Of a DNA stretch of 64,000 nt, positions 42,577-53,283 are shown piece by piece. Position 1 is the first letter of the stretch. Each line of letters opens with the position of its first letter. The stretch comes from Pseudomonadota bacterium. Lineage in GTDB: Bacteria; Pseudomonadota; Alphaproteobacteria; G022571365. A program made the position numbers and the translations under genes. The DNA is taken from contig JACZXZ010000001.1 in the NCBI GenBank assembly GCA_022571365.1, positions 38,720 through 102,719 on the forward strand. The letters are read 5' to 3'. A model generated the notes under the pieces. That model made no database searches. It worked only from the letters and a program-made list of their open reading frames with translations, and had not been told where the DNA came from.

Positions 42577-43678
42577 TCCCGCCGATCTTGCTCATATGCG
42601 GGCGGCGCTGGGCTTGGCCCGGCGTGGCCTGGGCAATGTCTGGCCCAACCCGGCCGTCGGCTGCATCCTGATGCGGGACGGGCGGGTGGCGGGCCGGGGC
42701 TGGACCCAGCCGGGCGGCAGGCCCCATGCCGAGGCCGAGGCCCTTGGCCGGGCCGGGCAAAACGCGCGCGGCGCCACCGCCTATATCACCCTCGAGCCAT
42801 GCAGCCACCAGGGCCAGACGGCGCCCTGCGTGGAGGCTTTGCTCGCGGCCGGCATCGCCCGCGCGGTGATCGCCTGCCAAGACCCCGATCCACGGGTCTC
42901 GGGCCGCGGCATCACGCGGCTCGGCGACGGCGGTGTCGAGGTGACGACCGGGCCGTGCGCGGCCGAGGCCGAAGAGGTCAACGCCGGATTCTTCCTGCGC
43001 GTGCGCGCGAACCGGCCCCTGGTCACGCTCAAGGTGGCGACGAGCCTGGACGGCCGTATCGCCCTCCATGACGGCGAGAGCAAGTGGATCACCGGCGAGA
43101 CCGCCCGGGCCTGGGCGCACCGCCTGCGCGCCTGCCACGACGCGGTCATGGTCGGGATCGGCACGGCGCTGGCCGACGATCCGAAACTGACCTGCCGCCT
43201 GCCCGGGCTCGCCCATCGCTCGCCCGTGCGCGTCGTCGTCGACAGCCGCCTGCGTCTTCCCCTGTCGAGCCAGGTCGTGGCCGGCGCGCGGGAGCCGCCG
43301 ACCTGGCTGATCACCCGGAGCGACGGCGACGAGCGGCGCCGCCGGGCCTATGCCAAGCGCGGCGTCGAGGTGATCGCGATCGACGCCGATGATCATCTCC
43401 CCATGCTCAAAGTGGTGCAGGAGCTCGGGCGGCGTGGCGTCACCCGCCTGCTGGTCGAGGGCGGAAGCCAAATCGCCGCCGCGCTTCTCCGCCAGGGCTT
43501 GGTTGACCGCCTCGCCTGGTTTCGGGCGCCGCGGCTCATCGGCGGCGACGGCGTTGCGGCGGCCGCCGCCTTCGGCGTCGACCGGCTCGAGGACATGGCG
43601 CGCTTCGAGCGCATCTCGGTCGTCCGCGCCGGCGAGGATATTCTGGAAACCTACCGGCGGAAACCTACCGGCGGCTGA
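42557..43678 (+). CDS. ribD: riboflavin biosynthesis deaminase/reductase
   Basis: PNPAVGC, PHAE, TLEPCSH..PC, LLVEGG. Confidence 0.96.
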   Translation: MAETKTDPADLAHMRAALGLARRGLGNVWPNPAVGCILMRDGRVAGRGWTQPGGRPHAEAEALGRAGQNARGATAYITLEPCSHQGQTAPCVEALLAAGIARAVIACQDPDPRVSGRGITRLGDGGVEVTTGPCAAEAEEVNAGFFLRVRANRPLVTLKVATSLDGRIALHDGESKWITGETARAWAHRLRACHDAVMVGIGTALADDPKLTCRLPGLAHRSPVRVVVDSRLRLPLSSQVVAGAREPPTWLITRSDGDERRRRAYAKRGVEVIAIDADDHLPMLKVVQELGRRGVTRLLVEGGSQIAAALLRQGLVDRLAWFRAPRLIGGDGVAAAAAFGVDRLEDMARFERISVVRAGEDILETYRRKPTGG

Positions 43679-43743
43679 CCTAGGGCGGGCCCGCTGTCCG
43701 CCGCGACCGTCCCGGACGCCGCCGCCAACGAGAATTTGCAACA

Positions 43744-44994
43744 ATGCCTCACCAACACGCCCTCATCCTTCTGCGCTTCATCATCGTCGGCGTCATCGCC
43801 GGCATATTCTCGGGCTGGTACTGGGGCGAGGCGATGGTTGAGATCGCCTGGCTCGGCAAACTGTTCCTGAACGCGCTCAAGATGATGATCATCCCGCTCA
43901 TCTTGGCGGCGGTCATCAGCGGCGTCGCCGCTCTCGGGGACATCCGCAAGCTGGGCCGCACCGGCGGGATCACCCTGGTCTATTACCTCATCACCACGGC
44001 CATCGCGGTGTTGATCGGGCTGGTGATGGTCAACCTCATCCAGCCGGGGGTGGGCCTGAATATCGAATCGGCCGGGTTATCGGAAAGCATCGCGGCCAAG
44101 CAGGACATCGGTGTCAGCGACATCCTGCTTTCCATGGTTTCGCCCAACCTCGTGGCTTCCGCCGCGGAGATGCAACTCCTGCCGCTGATTCTCTTCGCCA
44201 TCGTGTTTTCCGCCGCCCTCACGACGCTGGGAAGGACCGGCGAGCACGTCATTCTGTTTTTCAACGGCGTCAACCAAGCCATGATGAAGCTCGTCACCTG
44301 GCTCATGTACTTCGCGCCGGTGGGCATCTTCGCCCTGATCGCGGGCCGGCTGGGCCAGGCCGGCGGCGGGGACGCGTTTCTCAACGAAATTCAGGCGGTT
44401 GGCTTGTACATCGGAACCGTGCTCAGCGGCCTGGCCATCCATTTTGTCGTGCTCTTCTCGATCCTGTTTTTCATCGGAGGGCGAGGGACGGACTACCTGG
44501 TCGGGATGCTGCGCGCCCTCCTCACGGCCTTCGGCACGGCCAGCTCGTCGGCCACCCTGCCGCTCACCATGGAGTGCGCGCGGGAAAACAAGGTCGACGA
44601 ACGCGCCGTCCGATTCGTCCTGCCACTGGGCAGCACGGTGAACATGGACGGCACGGCGCTCTACGAGGCCGTCGCCGTGATGTTCATCGCCCAGGCTTAC
44701 GGGATAGAACTGGGGCTCGGGCCGCAGATCATCATCCTGGTGACGGCCACCATGGCCGCCATAGGCGCCGCCGGAATCCCCGAAGCCGGGCTGGTCACGA
44801 TGGTGATCGTTTTAAACGCGGTGGGGCTGCCACTGGAAGGCATCGGGCTCCTGCTGTCCGTGGACTGGTTCCTCGACCGCTTCCGCACCTCAGTCAACGT
44901 GTGGGGTGATTCGGTCGGGGCGACGGTGGTTCACCGCTTTCTGCCTGGCGAGGGCAAGCACGGGATAGTGGAAACTGACCGCCGCCGGTCTTAA
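43744..44994 (+). CDS. dicarboxylate/amino acid:cation symporter (DAACS)
   Basis: AFGTASSSATLP, NMDGTALY, DWFLDRFRTSVNVWGD. Confidence 0.94.
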   Translation: MPHQHALILLRFIIVGVIAGIFSGWYWGEAMVEIAWLGKLFLNALKMMIIPLILAAVISGVAALGDIRKLGRTGGITLVYYLITTAIAVLIGLVMVNLIQPGVGLNIESAGLSESIAAKQDIGVSDILLSMVSPNLVASAAEMQLLPLILFAIVFSAALTTLGRTGEHVILFFNGVNQAMMKLVTWLMYFAPVGIFALIAGRLGQAGGGDAFLNEIQAVGLYIGTVLSGLAIHFVVLFSILFFIGGRGTDYLVGMLRALLTAFGTASSSATLPLTMECARENKVDERAVRFVLPLGSTVNMDGTALYEAVAVMFIAQAYGIELGLGPQIIILVTATMAAIGAAGIPEAGLVTMVIVLNAVGLPLEGIGLLLSVDWFLDRFRTSVNVWGDSVGATVVHRFLPGEGKHGIVETDRRRS

Positions 44995-45004
44995 GTTTAA
45001 GGCT

Positions 45005-45598
45005 ATGTTTACGGGAATCATCACCGATCTCGGCAACGTACGCGCGATTGAGCCCGGCGCCGACACCCGGTTCGTTTTCAACACCGGTTACGATACCGAT
45101 GACATCGCCATCGGCGCCTCGATCGCCTGCTCCGGTGTCTGCCTGACCGCGGTCGACAAGGGGCCGGGATGGTTCGCGGTCGAGGCCTCGGCGGAGACCC
45201 TCGACCGGACAACGCTCGGCGGCTGGCGCGTCGGCTCGCCGGTCAACTTCGAACGGGCGCTCAAGCTGGGTGGCGAGCTCGGCGGCCATATGATGATGGG
45301 CCATGTGGACGACGTCGCCGAAATCGTGAGCCGCATCCCGGAGGGCGGCAGCCTGCGCTATGTTTTCGAGGTGCCCGAGGGGCTCCAGCGTTTCATCGCG
45401 CCCAAGGGGTCGATCGGGCTCGACGGCGTTTCGCTCACCGTGAACGAGGTGGACGGCGCGCGTTTCGGCGCTAACATCATCGATCACACCTGCGGCCACA
45501 CGAGTTTCGGGAACGCGCGGATCGGTGACAAGGTGAACCTGGAAGTGGACGTCATCGCGCGCTATCTTGCGCGGCTTGTTGACAAGGAGCAGGCATGA
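45005..45598 (+). CDS. ribE: riboflavin synthase
   Basis: MFTGII, GVCLT, GGHMMMGHVD, NLEVDVIARY. Confidence 0.96.
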   Translation: MFTGIITDLGNVRAIEPGADTRFVFNTGYDTDDIAIGASIACSGVCLTAVDKGPGWFAVEASAETLDRTTLGGWRVGSPVNFERALKLGGELGGHMMMGHVDDVAEIVSRIPEGGSLRYVFEVPEGLQRFIAPKGSIGLDGVSLTVNEVDGARFGANIIDHTCGHTSFGNARIGDKVNLEVDVIARYLARLVDKEQA

Positions 45599-45601
45599 CC
45601 G

Positions 45602-46720
45602 ATGAGCTATAAAGAAGTTGTCGCGCCCATCGAGGAGGCCATCGAGGAGGCCCGCAACGGCCGGATGATCATCGTGGTCGATGACGAAAACCGGGAGAAC
45701 GAGGGCGACCTGGTCATCCCCGCCCAGATGGCGACCCCGGAGGTGATCAACTTCATGGCCAAGTACGGGCGCGGGCTGATCTGTCTGGCGCTGCCGCGGG
45801 AGCGAATCGAAAAACTCGGCCTGTCGCTCATGACCCCAGACAATCGGTCGCGCCATCAGACCGCGTTCACCGTGTCGATCGAGGCGCGCGAGGGCATCAC
45901 CACCGGAATCTCCGCGCCCGACCGGGCCCGGACCATCGCCATCGCCATCGATCCCACGAAGGGCAAGGATGATATCGTCAGCCCCGGCCACGTCTTCCCC
46001 CTGATCGCCCGGGATGGCGGGGTCCTGGTGCGCGCCGGCCATACCGAGGCGGCCGTGGACGTCGCGCGCCTGGCCGGTTTCAATCCATCCGGTGTGATCT
46101 GTGAGATCATGAAGGACGACGGCACCATGGCGCGGCTGCCGGACCTTGTGGATTTCGCCAAGCTCCATGGCCTCAAGATTGCCACGATCGCCGATTTCAT
46201 CGCCTACCGCCGCCGTCACGACCGCATCGTGGAACGCCTCGTCGAATCAGAGCTCGATAGCCGCTTTAGCGGGAAGTTCCACATGATCGTCTACGTCAAC
46301 AAGGCGACCTACGCCGAACATGTGGCGCTGGTGAAAGGCGACATTGACGGACCCGGCCCGGTGCTCGTCCGGATGCATGCCTTCAATGTGCTTACCGACG
46401 TGCTCGGCGACCGCAGCGCCGGGCGCGGTTACGAGTTGCAGACCGCCATGCAGATGATCGGCGAGGAGGGCCGCGGCATCGTGGTGCTGATCCGCGAGCC
46501 GATGCCGACCAGTCTTTCCGACCGCGTCCGCGCGCAAGTGGGGGATCAGACCCAACCCGTCCCGGGACTCAGGGACTATGGCGTCGGGGCCCAGATTTTG
46601 CTCGATCTCGGCGTCAGGGACATGATCTTGTTGTCGAACACCAAGCGAGCCATCGTCGGACTCGAGGGCTATGGGCTTAGCGTGGTCGAACGGCGGCCGA
46701 TACCGCCCCCGAAGGGTTAG
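45602..46720 (+). CDS. ribB: DHBP synthase fused to a degenerate GTP cyclohydrolase II domain (RibBX type)
   Basis: DDENRENEGD, RAGHTEA, ICEI; C-terminal domain lacks the Zn-binding cysteines. Confidence 0.92.
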   Translation: MSYKEVVAPIEEAIEEARNGRMIIVVDDENRENEGDLVIPAQMATPEVINFMAKYGRGLICLALPRERIEKLGLSLMTPDNRSRHQTAFTVSIEAREGITTGISAPDRARTIAIAIDPTKGKDDIVSPGHVFPLIARDGGVLVRAGHTEAAVDVARLAGFNPSGVICEIMKDDGTMARLPDLVDFAKLHGLKIATIADFIAYRRRHDRIVERLVESELDSRFSGKFHMIVYVNKATYAEHVALVKGDIDGPGPVLVRMHAFNVLTDVLGDRSAGRGYELQTAMQMIGEEGRGIVVLIREPMPTSLSDRVRAQVGDQTQPVPGLRDYGVGAQILLDLGVRDMILLSNTKRAIVGLEGYGLSVVERRPIPPPKG

Positions 46721-47197
46721 ATGGCGACGGCCCCTCACGTCATGATCGTCGAGGCGCGATACTACGAAGAGATTGTCGACGAACTGGTGCGCGGCGCGGT
46801 CCAGGCGCTGGAAGGGGCGGGCGCCACGTACGAGCGGTTCACCGTGCCGGGCGCCTTCGAGATTCCGGCCGCCATCCGCTTTGCCATCCGCGCGCGGGAT
46901 TCCGACCCGGCAGGTTCCACGGCAGGTTCGCGGTTCGACGCCTACCTGGCCCTTGGCTGCGTGATTCGCGGGGAGACCAGCCACTACGATTATATCTGCC
47001 GGGAAAGCGCCCGCGCGCTGCAGGATCTGGCATGCCAGCACAGCCTGGCCCTGGGTTACGGCATCTTGACCGTGGAAAACCGGGAACAAGCCCGGGTCCG
47101 GGCCGCCGTGGATGAGAGAAACAAAGGCGGCGAGGCGGCGCGCGCCTGTCTGCGTATGGTCGAGCTGAAGCGCCACTTCCATCTCTTTCCCGGATAA
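46721..47197 (+). CDS. ribH: lumazine synthase
   Basis: VPGAFEIP, LGCVIRGETSHYD, NKGGEAA. Confidence 0.96.
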   Translation: MATAPHVMIVEARYYEEIVDELVRGAVQALEGAGATYERFTVPGAFEIPAAIRFAIRARDSDPAGSTAGSRFDAYLALGCVIRGETSHYDYICRESARALQDLACQHSLALGYGILTVENREQARVRAAVDERNKGGEAARACLRMVELKRHFHLFPG

Positions 47198-47214
47198 CCG
47201 GGGGGTTGACGGCG

Positions 47215-47718
47215 ATGGCCGGCGGCACCCGGAAGGCTTCGGCCACGGCACGGCGCCGGGCCGCGCGTCTGGCGGCGGTGCAGGCGCTGTACCAGATCGA
47301 GCTGACCTCCGACCCGGCCGACGCGGTGGCGCGGAAATTCCTCGAACATCGACTCGGCCGGGAGCGCGATGACGAGATCGAGGCCGATCAGAGCCTGTTC
47401 GCCGATATCGTGCAGGGCGTGGCGTCGCGGCGCCGGGAGCTCGACGCGTTGATCGCCTCGGTCCTGGTTGAGGGTTGGACGGTCGAGCGGCTGGAACTGG
47501 TCCTCAAGCTGATTCTGAGAGCCGGCGCCTACGAGCTTCAGGCTCGGCCCGACGTGCCGGCGCGGGTCTGCATCACCGAATATGTCGACCTCGCCCACGC
47601 GTTCTTTGACGGCAAGGAGCCCGGTCTCACGAACGGCGTGCTCGACCATCTGGCGCGTATGCTTCGGCCGGACGAGATGGGATTGTTGAAGCGTGAGCGG
47701 CAGAAAACCACCGGGTGA
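47215..47718 (+). CDS. nusB: transcription antitermination factor NusB
   Basis: RRAARLAAVQALYQ, EYVDLAHAF, NGVLD. Confidence 0.95.
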   Translation: MAGGTRKASATARRRAARLAAVQALYQIELTSDPADAVARKFLEHRLGRERDDEIEADQSLFADIVQGVASRRRELDALIASVLVEGWTVERLELVLKLILRAGAYELQARPDVPARVCITEYVDLAHAFFDGKEPGLTNGVLDHLARMLRPDEMGLLKRERQKTTG

Positions 47719-48682
47719 GTTCGCGCTCATCGCGCGCTACTTCGCACCGCTTGCCAAAGGCTATCCCGGCGCCCTGGATCTCACCGACGACGCCGCGCTG
47801 GTCGAGGTCGATCCGGGCTGCCGGCTGGTCGTGACCGCGGACGCATTGGTGGCCGGCGTCCATTTCCTCGCCGACGATCCGCCCGATCTGGTTGCCAAGA
47901 AGGCGCTCCGGGTCAGCCTCTCCGATCTTGCCGCCATGGGTGCGCGCCCGTTCGCCTACATGTTGACCGTGGTCCTGCCGACCGATACGGCCGCCGACTG
48001 GCTCGAGCGCTTTGTCGCCGGATTGGCGGCGGACCAGGAGACGTTCGGCCTCTCGCTCATCGGCGGCGACACGGTTGCCGCCGCCGGGCCGGTGAGCCTG
48101 TCGGTGACCGCCCTGGGACAGGTCCCGGTGGGCGCGGAGCTTCGTCGCTCGGCGGCGCAGGCCGGAGACGCCGTGTTTATCTCCGGCACCGTTGGCGACG
48201 CCGCCCTCGGGCTCCGGATCCTGCGCGGAGAGGTGGGCGGGCTGGCGTCCGCCGAGCGCGACCACCTGGTCCGGCGCTATCGGCTACCCGAGCCGCGCCT
48301 GAACTTGGGAAGCCGTCTCGCCGGCCTCGCCCGGGCGGCGATCGATGTCTCCGACGGGCTTGTCGCCGATCTCGGTCACATCTGCACCGCTTCGGGCCTG
48401 GCGGCCGTGATCGAAGCCGCGCAACTTCCCCTGTCGGCCGCCGCGCGGACTGCGCTGGAGCGGGATCCAGGGCTCATGAAGGTGGTGCTCACCGGCGGCG
48501 ACGACAACGAGTTGCTGTTCACCGTTCCCGAAGACGACAGGGACAGGGTGCGGGCGCTCGCCGACGAGATCGGACTGAAGCTGACCCAAATCGGCGGCAT
48601 CGTCGAGGGGTCCGGCGTCAAGGTCGTCGATGAAGCCGGGGCGGAGATCGCTCTCGGGCAAGGCGGCTGGCGGCACTTCTGA
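47693..48682 (+). CDS. thiL: thiamine-monophosphate kinase
   Basis: EFALIARYF, DDAA, LSDLAAMGA, GGDT, DVSDGL. Confidence 0.95.
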   Translation: MSGRKPPGEFALIARYFAPLAKGYPGALDLTDDAALVEVDPGCRLVVTADALVAGVHFLADDPPDLVAKKALRVSLSDLAAMGARPFAYMLTVVLPTDTAADWLERFVAGLAADQETFGLSLIGGDTVAAAGPVSLSVTALGQVPVGAELRRSAAQAGDAVFISGTVGDAALGLRILRGEVGGLASAERDHLVRRYRLPEPRLNLGSRLAGLARAAIDVSDGLVADLGHICTASGLAAVIEAAQLPLSAAARTALERDPGLMKVVLTGGDDNELLFTVPEDDRDRVRALADEIGLKLTQIGGIVEGSGVKVVDEAGAEIALGQGGWRHF

Positions 48683-48970
48683 ATCGCGGCGCCCTTAGCC
48701 TTCGCACGAGCTTCACCAACTGAGGAAGAAACAGTCGGTCGCCCAAAGCAGTCGGCGCCCGCGGCCACGGCCTTGAGGAGTTCCCGGAGCCGTTGGCTCC
48801 CGTCTCGCTAACGCGCCAAGCTTAGGGGCGCCGCCCCGGGCCACGCATTGGTTGCGTTCGGCTGCGGGTTCTGGCATTTTCCGCGCGCCTTTCCCACCGC
48901 TTAGACAGCGGAACCTGGGCGTCCTTCCGGCCAGGGTCCTTGGCGCGTAGTTTCAAAGGGGTCTCCGTTG

Positions 48971-51049
48971 ATGTCCGAATGGTCCTGGTTCATTCTGGCC
49001 TCAGGCGTGCTGGCGCTCCTCTACGGGGCGGTCGCCAGCCGTCAGGTTCTGGCGGCGAGCGCCGGCTCGGAACGCATGCAGGAGATCGCCGCCGCGATTC
49101 AGGAGGGCGCGCGCGCCTATCTCAACCGCCAGTACCGGACCATCGCGCTGGTCGGCATCGCGATCGGCGTGCTGCTCGGAATCCTGTTGGGACTCTACGT
49201 CGCCGTCGGCTACTTCATCGGCGCGATCCTGTCCGCCGCCGCCGGCTATATCGGCATGAACGTGTCGGTGCGGGCCAATGTGCGGACCGCGGAGGCCGCC
49301 CGCTCCGGCTTGAAACCGGCGCTCGCCATCTCCTTCAAGGCGGGCACCGTGACCGGCATGCTGGTGGTCGGCCTCGGCTTGCTGGGCGTTTCCGCGTATT
49401 ACATGATCCTGCGCGGCCTCGGGATGGAGCTGCGCCCGATCCTCGAGGCGCTGATGGCGCTGGGCTTCGGCGGTTCGCTGATCTCGATCTTCGCCCGCCT
49501 GGGCGGCGGCATCTTCACCAAGGGGGCGGATGTGGGCGCCGACCTGGTCGGCAAGATCGAGGCCGGCATTCCCGAGGACGATCCGCGCAACCCGGCGGTG
49601 ATCGCCGACAACGTCGGCGACAATGTCGGCGACTGCGCCGGCATGGCCGCCGACCTGTTCGAGACCTACGCCGTGACCATGGTCGTGACCATGCTGCTCG
49701 CGGCCCTGTTCTTTGAGGGCGCCCTTCAGGAAAAAATGATGCTCTATCCGCTGGCGATCGGGGCGGTGTGCATCATCGGCTCGATCGTGGGGATCTTCTT
49801 CGTCCGCCTCGGCGCCGACGAAAAGATCATGAAGGCGCTGTACAAGGGATTCATCGCCAGCGCCGCGATCTCGGCGGTGCTGGTCGCCTTCGTGACCTGG
49901 AACATGCTGGGCTTCACCGACGAATACCGGATCGGCGAGCGGGTCTTTCAGGGACGCCACCTGTTGTACTGCGGGCTGGTCGGCCTCGCCGTCACCGGCC
50001 TTTTGATCTGGATCACCGAGTACTACACCGGCACCCACCACCGTCCGGTGAGAAGCATCGCCCAGTCGTCGACCACCGGGCATGCCACCAACATCATCCA
50101 AGGCCTGGCGGTGTCGATGGAGGCAACCGCCCTGCCGGTGATCGTGATCTCAGCCGGCATCATCGTCGCCTATCTCAATGCCGGCCTGTTCGGCATTGCC
50201 ATCGCCGCCACGACCATGCTGGCGCTGGCCGGCGTGGTGGTCGCGCTCGACGCTTACGGCCCGGTGACGGACAACGCGGGCGGCATCGCCAAGATGGCGG
50301 ATATGCCCGAGGACGTCCGCAACATCACCGACGCGCTCGACACCGTGGGCAACACCACCAAGGCGGTGACCAAGGGCTATGCCATCGGCTCGGCCGGCTT
50401 CGCCGCCCTGGTGCTGTTCGGCGCCTATACCGAGGACCTCAAGCATTACTTTCCGGAGGTCGAGACCACGTTCCGCCTGCAGGACCCCTTTGTCGTGATC
50501 GGTTTGTTCATCGGGGGGCTGTTGCCCTACCTGTTCAGCTCGCTCGCGATGAGGGCGGTCGGCCGTGCCGGCGGCCTGGTGGTGTTGGAGGTGCGCCGTC
50601 AGTTCAGGGAGATTAAGGGAATCATGGAGGGCACCGCCAAGCCCGAATACGGCCGTGCCGTCGATCTTTTGACCAGGTTGGCGATCAAGGAAATGATCGT
50701 GCCGTCGATGCTGCCGGTGCTGGCGCCGCCCGTTCTCTACGTCATCGTTCGCGTGATCGCCGGCCAGGCCGCCGCCTTCACGGCGGTCGGCGCCATGTTG
50801 CTGGGCGCCATCGTCACCGGTCTGTTCGTCGCCATCTCGATGACCTCGGGCGGCGGCGCCTGGGACAACGCCAAGAAGCTCATCGAGGATGGCAGCCATG
50901 GGGGCAAGGGATCGGAGGCGCACAAGGCCGCGGTCACCGGCGATACGGTGGGCGATCCCTACAAGGACACCGCCGGTCCGGCCATCAACCCGATGATCAA
51001 GATTATCAACATCGTTGCCATTCTGGGTCTGGCCATCCTGGCGGCGTAA
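48971..51049 (+). CDS. hppA: membrane H+-translocating pyrophosphatase, K+-independent signature
   Basis: [36 protein letters not shown]. Confidence 0.96.
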   Translation: MSEWSWFILASGVLALLYGAVASRQVLAASAGSERMQEIAAAIQEGARAYLNRQYRTIALVGIAIGVLLGILLGLYVAVGYFIGAILSAAAGYIGMNVSVRANVRTAEAARSGLKPALAISFKAGTVTGMLVVGLGLLGVSAYYMILRGLGMELRPILEALMALGFGGSLISIFARLGGGIFTKGADVGADLVGKIEAGIPEDDPRNPAVIADNVGDNVGDCAGMAADLFETYAVTMVVTMLLAALFFEGALQEKMMLYPLAIGAVCIIGSIVGIFFVRLGADEKIMKALYKGFIASAAISAVLVAFVTWNMLGFTDEYRIGERVFQGRHLLYCGLVGLAVTGLLIWITEYYTGTHHRPVRSIAQSSTTGHATNIIQGLAVSMEATALPVIVISAGIIVAYLNAGLFGIAIAATTMLALAGVVVALDAYGPVTDNAGGIAKMADMPEDVRNITDALDTVGNTTKAVTKGYAIGSAGFAALVLFGAYTEDLKHYFPEVETTFRLQDPFVVIGLFIGGLLPYLFSSLAMRAVGRAGGLVVLEVRRQFREIKGIMEGTAKPEYGRAVDLLTRLAIKEMIVPSMLPVLAPPVLYVIVRVIAGQAAAFTAVGAMLLGAIVTGLFVAISMTSGGGAWDNAKKLIEDGSHGGKGSEAHKAAVTGDTVGDPYKDTAGPAINPMIKIINIVAILGLAILAA

Positions 51050-51136
51050 TCCACGGGATCATTCGCCGCCCGATAAGGCGCGACGGGTGGACGCCGGGCC
51101 TTGACGGGTGAACTTGGGGCGCGCCGCGGGCGGGCG

Positions 51137-51598
51137 CTATCTGTTAAAGGGATCTCTGGTGTAGAAGTTGCCGAAATTGTCGATGAGCTGCTGGAAAAAG
51201 GTCAGCTCCCTGCCTCTGGTGGGCGTGGTCCGGTCGATCATCTCGAGCGTCTGGCCGTCCTCAAGGTTGTAATGGCGGATATTCTTGACGAGTCCCCCGT
51301 CGTCGAACTCGATGATGACAACCTGCTGATCGAGGATTTCCGGCTCGAAGAAAGCAAAGCTCTTGGTCTGTTTGCTGATGTAGTACCAAGTCTTGTTGTC
51401 GAAGGTGGCGATGCTCGACGGCGTGCCCAGGAGATCGATGACCTCCTCCTCGCTGTATATGCCCGGCTGGATTTCGGCGAGCAGCTCGGGATCCGGGAGG
51501 TTGCCACGCGTTTCGACCGGCAGTGAACAGGCGGCAAGCATCCCGGTGATCGCGCCCACGGCTAGGAATATGGTAAGATGGCTGGTCCGGTTTGACAT
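51137..51598 (-). CDS. bamE: outer membrane assembly lipoprotein BamE
   Basis: Lipobox LAAC, LLGTPS, WYYIS; typical position next to cbp3. Confidence 0.9.
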   Translation of the reverse strand: MSNRTSHLTIFLAVGAITGMLAACSLPVETRGNLPDPELLAEIQPGIYSEEEVIDLLGTPSSIATFDNKTWYYISKQTKSFAFFEPEILDQQVVIIEFDDGGLVKNIRHYNLEDGQTLEMIDRTTPTRGRELTFFQQLIDNFGNFYTRDPFNR

Positions 51599-51734
51599 CG
51601 GCCGACGATTCACAACTCCATCCTGTTTGATCCGTCGCCGGTTTGAAGCCGGTTCATCAAACGCCCATGTCTTGGCGAACGAACATGGCACCGATGGCCA
51701 AGACCTGTCAACCAGACCGTGCCCGGAAAACCCG

Positions 51735-52280
51735 GTGAGTCTGAGGAGCTTTTTCCGCCGCTCGACCGTTAAGGAAAGCGCCCACAAGCTGTATCTGAAG
51801 CTGGTCGGTCAGGCGCGCCGGCCGGAGTTCTATACGAGCTGCGGGGTGCCGGACACGCTGGACGGCCGGTTTGACATGATCGTGCTCCACGCTTTCCTGT
51901 TGATGGCTCGGTTGAAGCGCGACCGCGACGAGGCCGCGCCTCTGCGCCAGGCTCTGTTCGACGTCATGTTCGCCGACATGGACCGGAGTTTGCGCGAGAT
52001 GGGGGTCGGCGATCTCGGCGTCGGCCGACGGGTCAAGGCCATGGTCAGGGGCTTCTATGGCCGTCTCGCCGCCTACGAATCGAGCCTCTCCGCCGACGAT
52101 GATACCGCGCTCGCGGCGGCGCTCAGGCGCAATTTGTATGGCACCGTCCAGCCTGAGATCGCACATCCCGCCCGGATGGCTCATTATGTCCGGCGCGAGG
52201 CCGCATCGCTTGCCCGCCAGGACCTCGAGGATCTACTTGCGGGGCAGGTCACGTTTGGGCCGCCGCCGGCCGGAACTTAA
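51735..52280 (+). CDS. ubiquinol-cytochrome c chaperone (Cbp3-like)
   Basis: GVPDTLDGRFDMIVLH, DMDRSLREMGVGD, FYGR..AY; start inferred. Confidence 0.9.
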   Translation: MSLRSFFRRSTVKESAHKLYLKLVGQARRPEFYTSCGVPDTLDGRFDMIVLHAFLLMARLKRDRDEAAPLRQALFDVMFADMDRSLREMGVGDLGVGRRVKAMVRGFYGRLAAYESSLSADDDTALAAALRRNLYGTVQPEIAHPARMAHYVRREAASLARQDLEDLLAGQVTFGPPPAGT

Positions 52281-52431
52281 GCGCGCCCGGCCGTGAGTCG
52301 CCCACACCAGGCGTTGCCGTTGACCGGTTCCGCCCGGGGCTTGTATGCTTGGCTCGGACCACAGGGACGAGTCGTTCCAGAGAGACTCGACGGCGCGACC
52401 CTTCTGGTCAAGCGCTTGCACGGTGAAAAAC

Positions 52432-52977
52432 ATGCTCGATCGGCAAGCTGCATTTTCACGCATCATCGCCACCGACGGCCTGGATGCGAGCGGCGTGGTG
52501 CATGAAATCGAGGCCAGCGTCGATGAGCGGACGGCTCTTGCCCGGCGTTTCGGGCTCAAGTCGCTCGACGGCTTGACCGCTACCGTGCAGCTTAAACCCG
52601 TTGGCGGCGGGATGGTGCGAGTCGACGGCAGATTCATGGCCGACGTCGTGCAGACCTGTGTGGTTACCCTGGAGCCCATTGCCGCCCATATCGCGGACTC
52701 CTTTACGGTCGACTATTCCCCCGAGGTCGAAGACGGCTCGCACCGGGAGGTGATTATCGCACCGGACGCCGAGGACCCGCCGGAGCCGCTCGTCGACCGG
52801 AAGATCGATATCGGCGAGGCCGTCGCGCAACACCTGGCTCTGGTGCTGGATTCCTATCCGCGGGCGCCGGGGGCGACGATCGGGCCCACCGTGGGTGATC
52901 GGAGCGCAAAACCGGACAGCGCCGATGCATCCGGGCCATTCTCCGCCCTGGCGGCGCTGAAGAATCGACAGGGCTAG
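52432..52977 (+). CDS. DUF177/YceD family protein
   Basis: QTCVVTLEP, IDIGEAVAQ, DSYPRAPG, PFSALAALK; upstream of rpmF. Confidence 0.9.
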   Translation: MLDRQAAFSRIIATDGLDASGVVHEIEASVDERTALARRFGLKSLDGLTATVQLKPVGGGMVRVDGRFMADVVQTCVVTLEPIAAHIADSFTVDYSPEVEDGSHREVIIAPDAEDPPEPLVDRKIDIGEAVAQHLALVLDSYPRAPGATIGPTVGDRSAKPDSADASGPFSALAALKNRQG

Positions 52978-53070
52978 GCTGGCAAGCCGCTTGTCGCGGA
53001 TCGGATTTTTCGTTAAGTAACTCAATTACAACCTCCGCCCGATCACGACTTCCACCTGAGGCACAGAGAG

Positions 53071-53253
53071 ATGGCGGTTCCGAAGAAGAAAGTATCCATA
53101 TCGCGCCGGAAGAAGCGCCGTTCGCATCACGCGCTCAGGCCGGCGGCCCACGTGGAATGTTCCAATTGCGGCGAGTTGAAGAGACCTCATCACCTGTGTC
53201 CCGCATGTGGTTATTATAATGGCCGCGAGATCATCAAGGCGGGGGGCGCTTGA
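53071..53253 (+). CDS. rpmF: 50S ribosomal protein L32
   Basis: [20 protein letters not shown]. Confidence 0.97.
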   Translation: MAVPKKKVSISRRKKRRSHHALRPAAHVECSNCGELKRPHHLCPACGYYNGREIIKAGGA

Positions 53254-53283
53254 CCCTTCGATGGGCTTTCGGGAGCTGAGCGC

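Noticed and set aside
48971-51049. hppA as a novelty
   Set aside because: The K+-independent GNTTK type is common in Alphaproteobacteria at this syntenic position.
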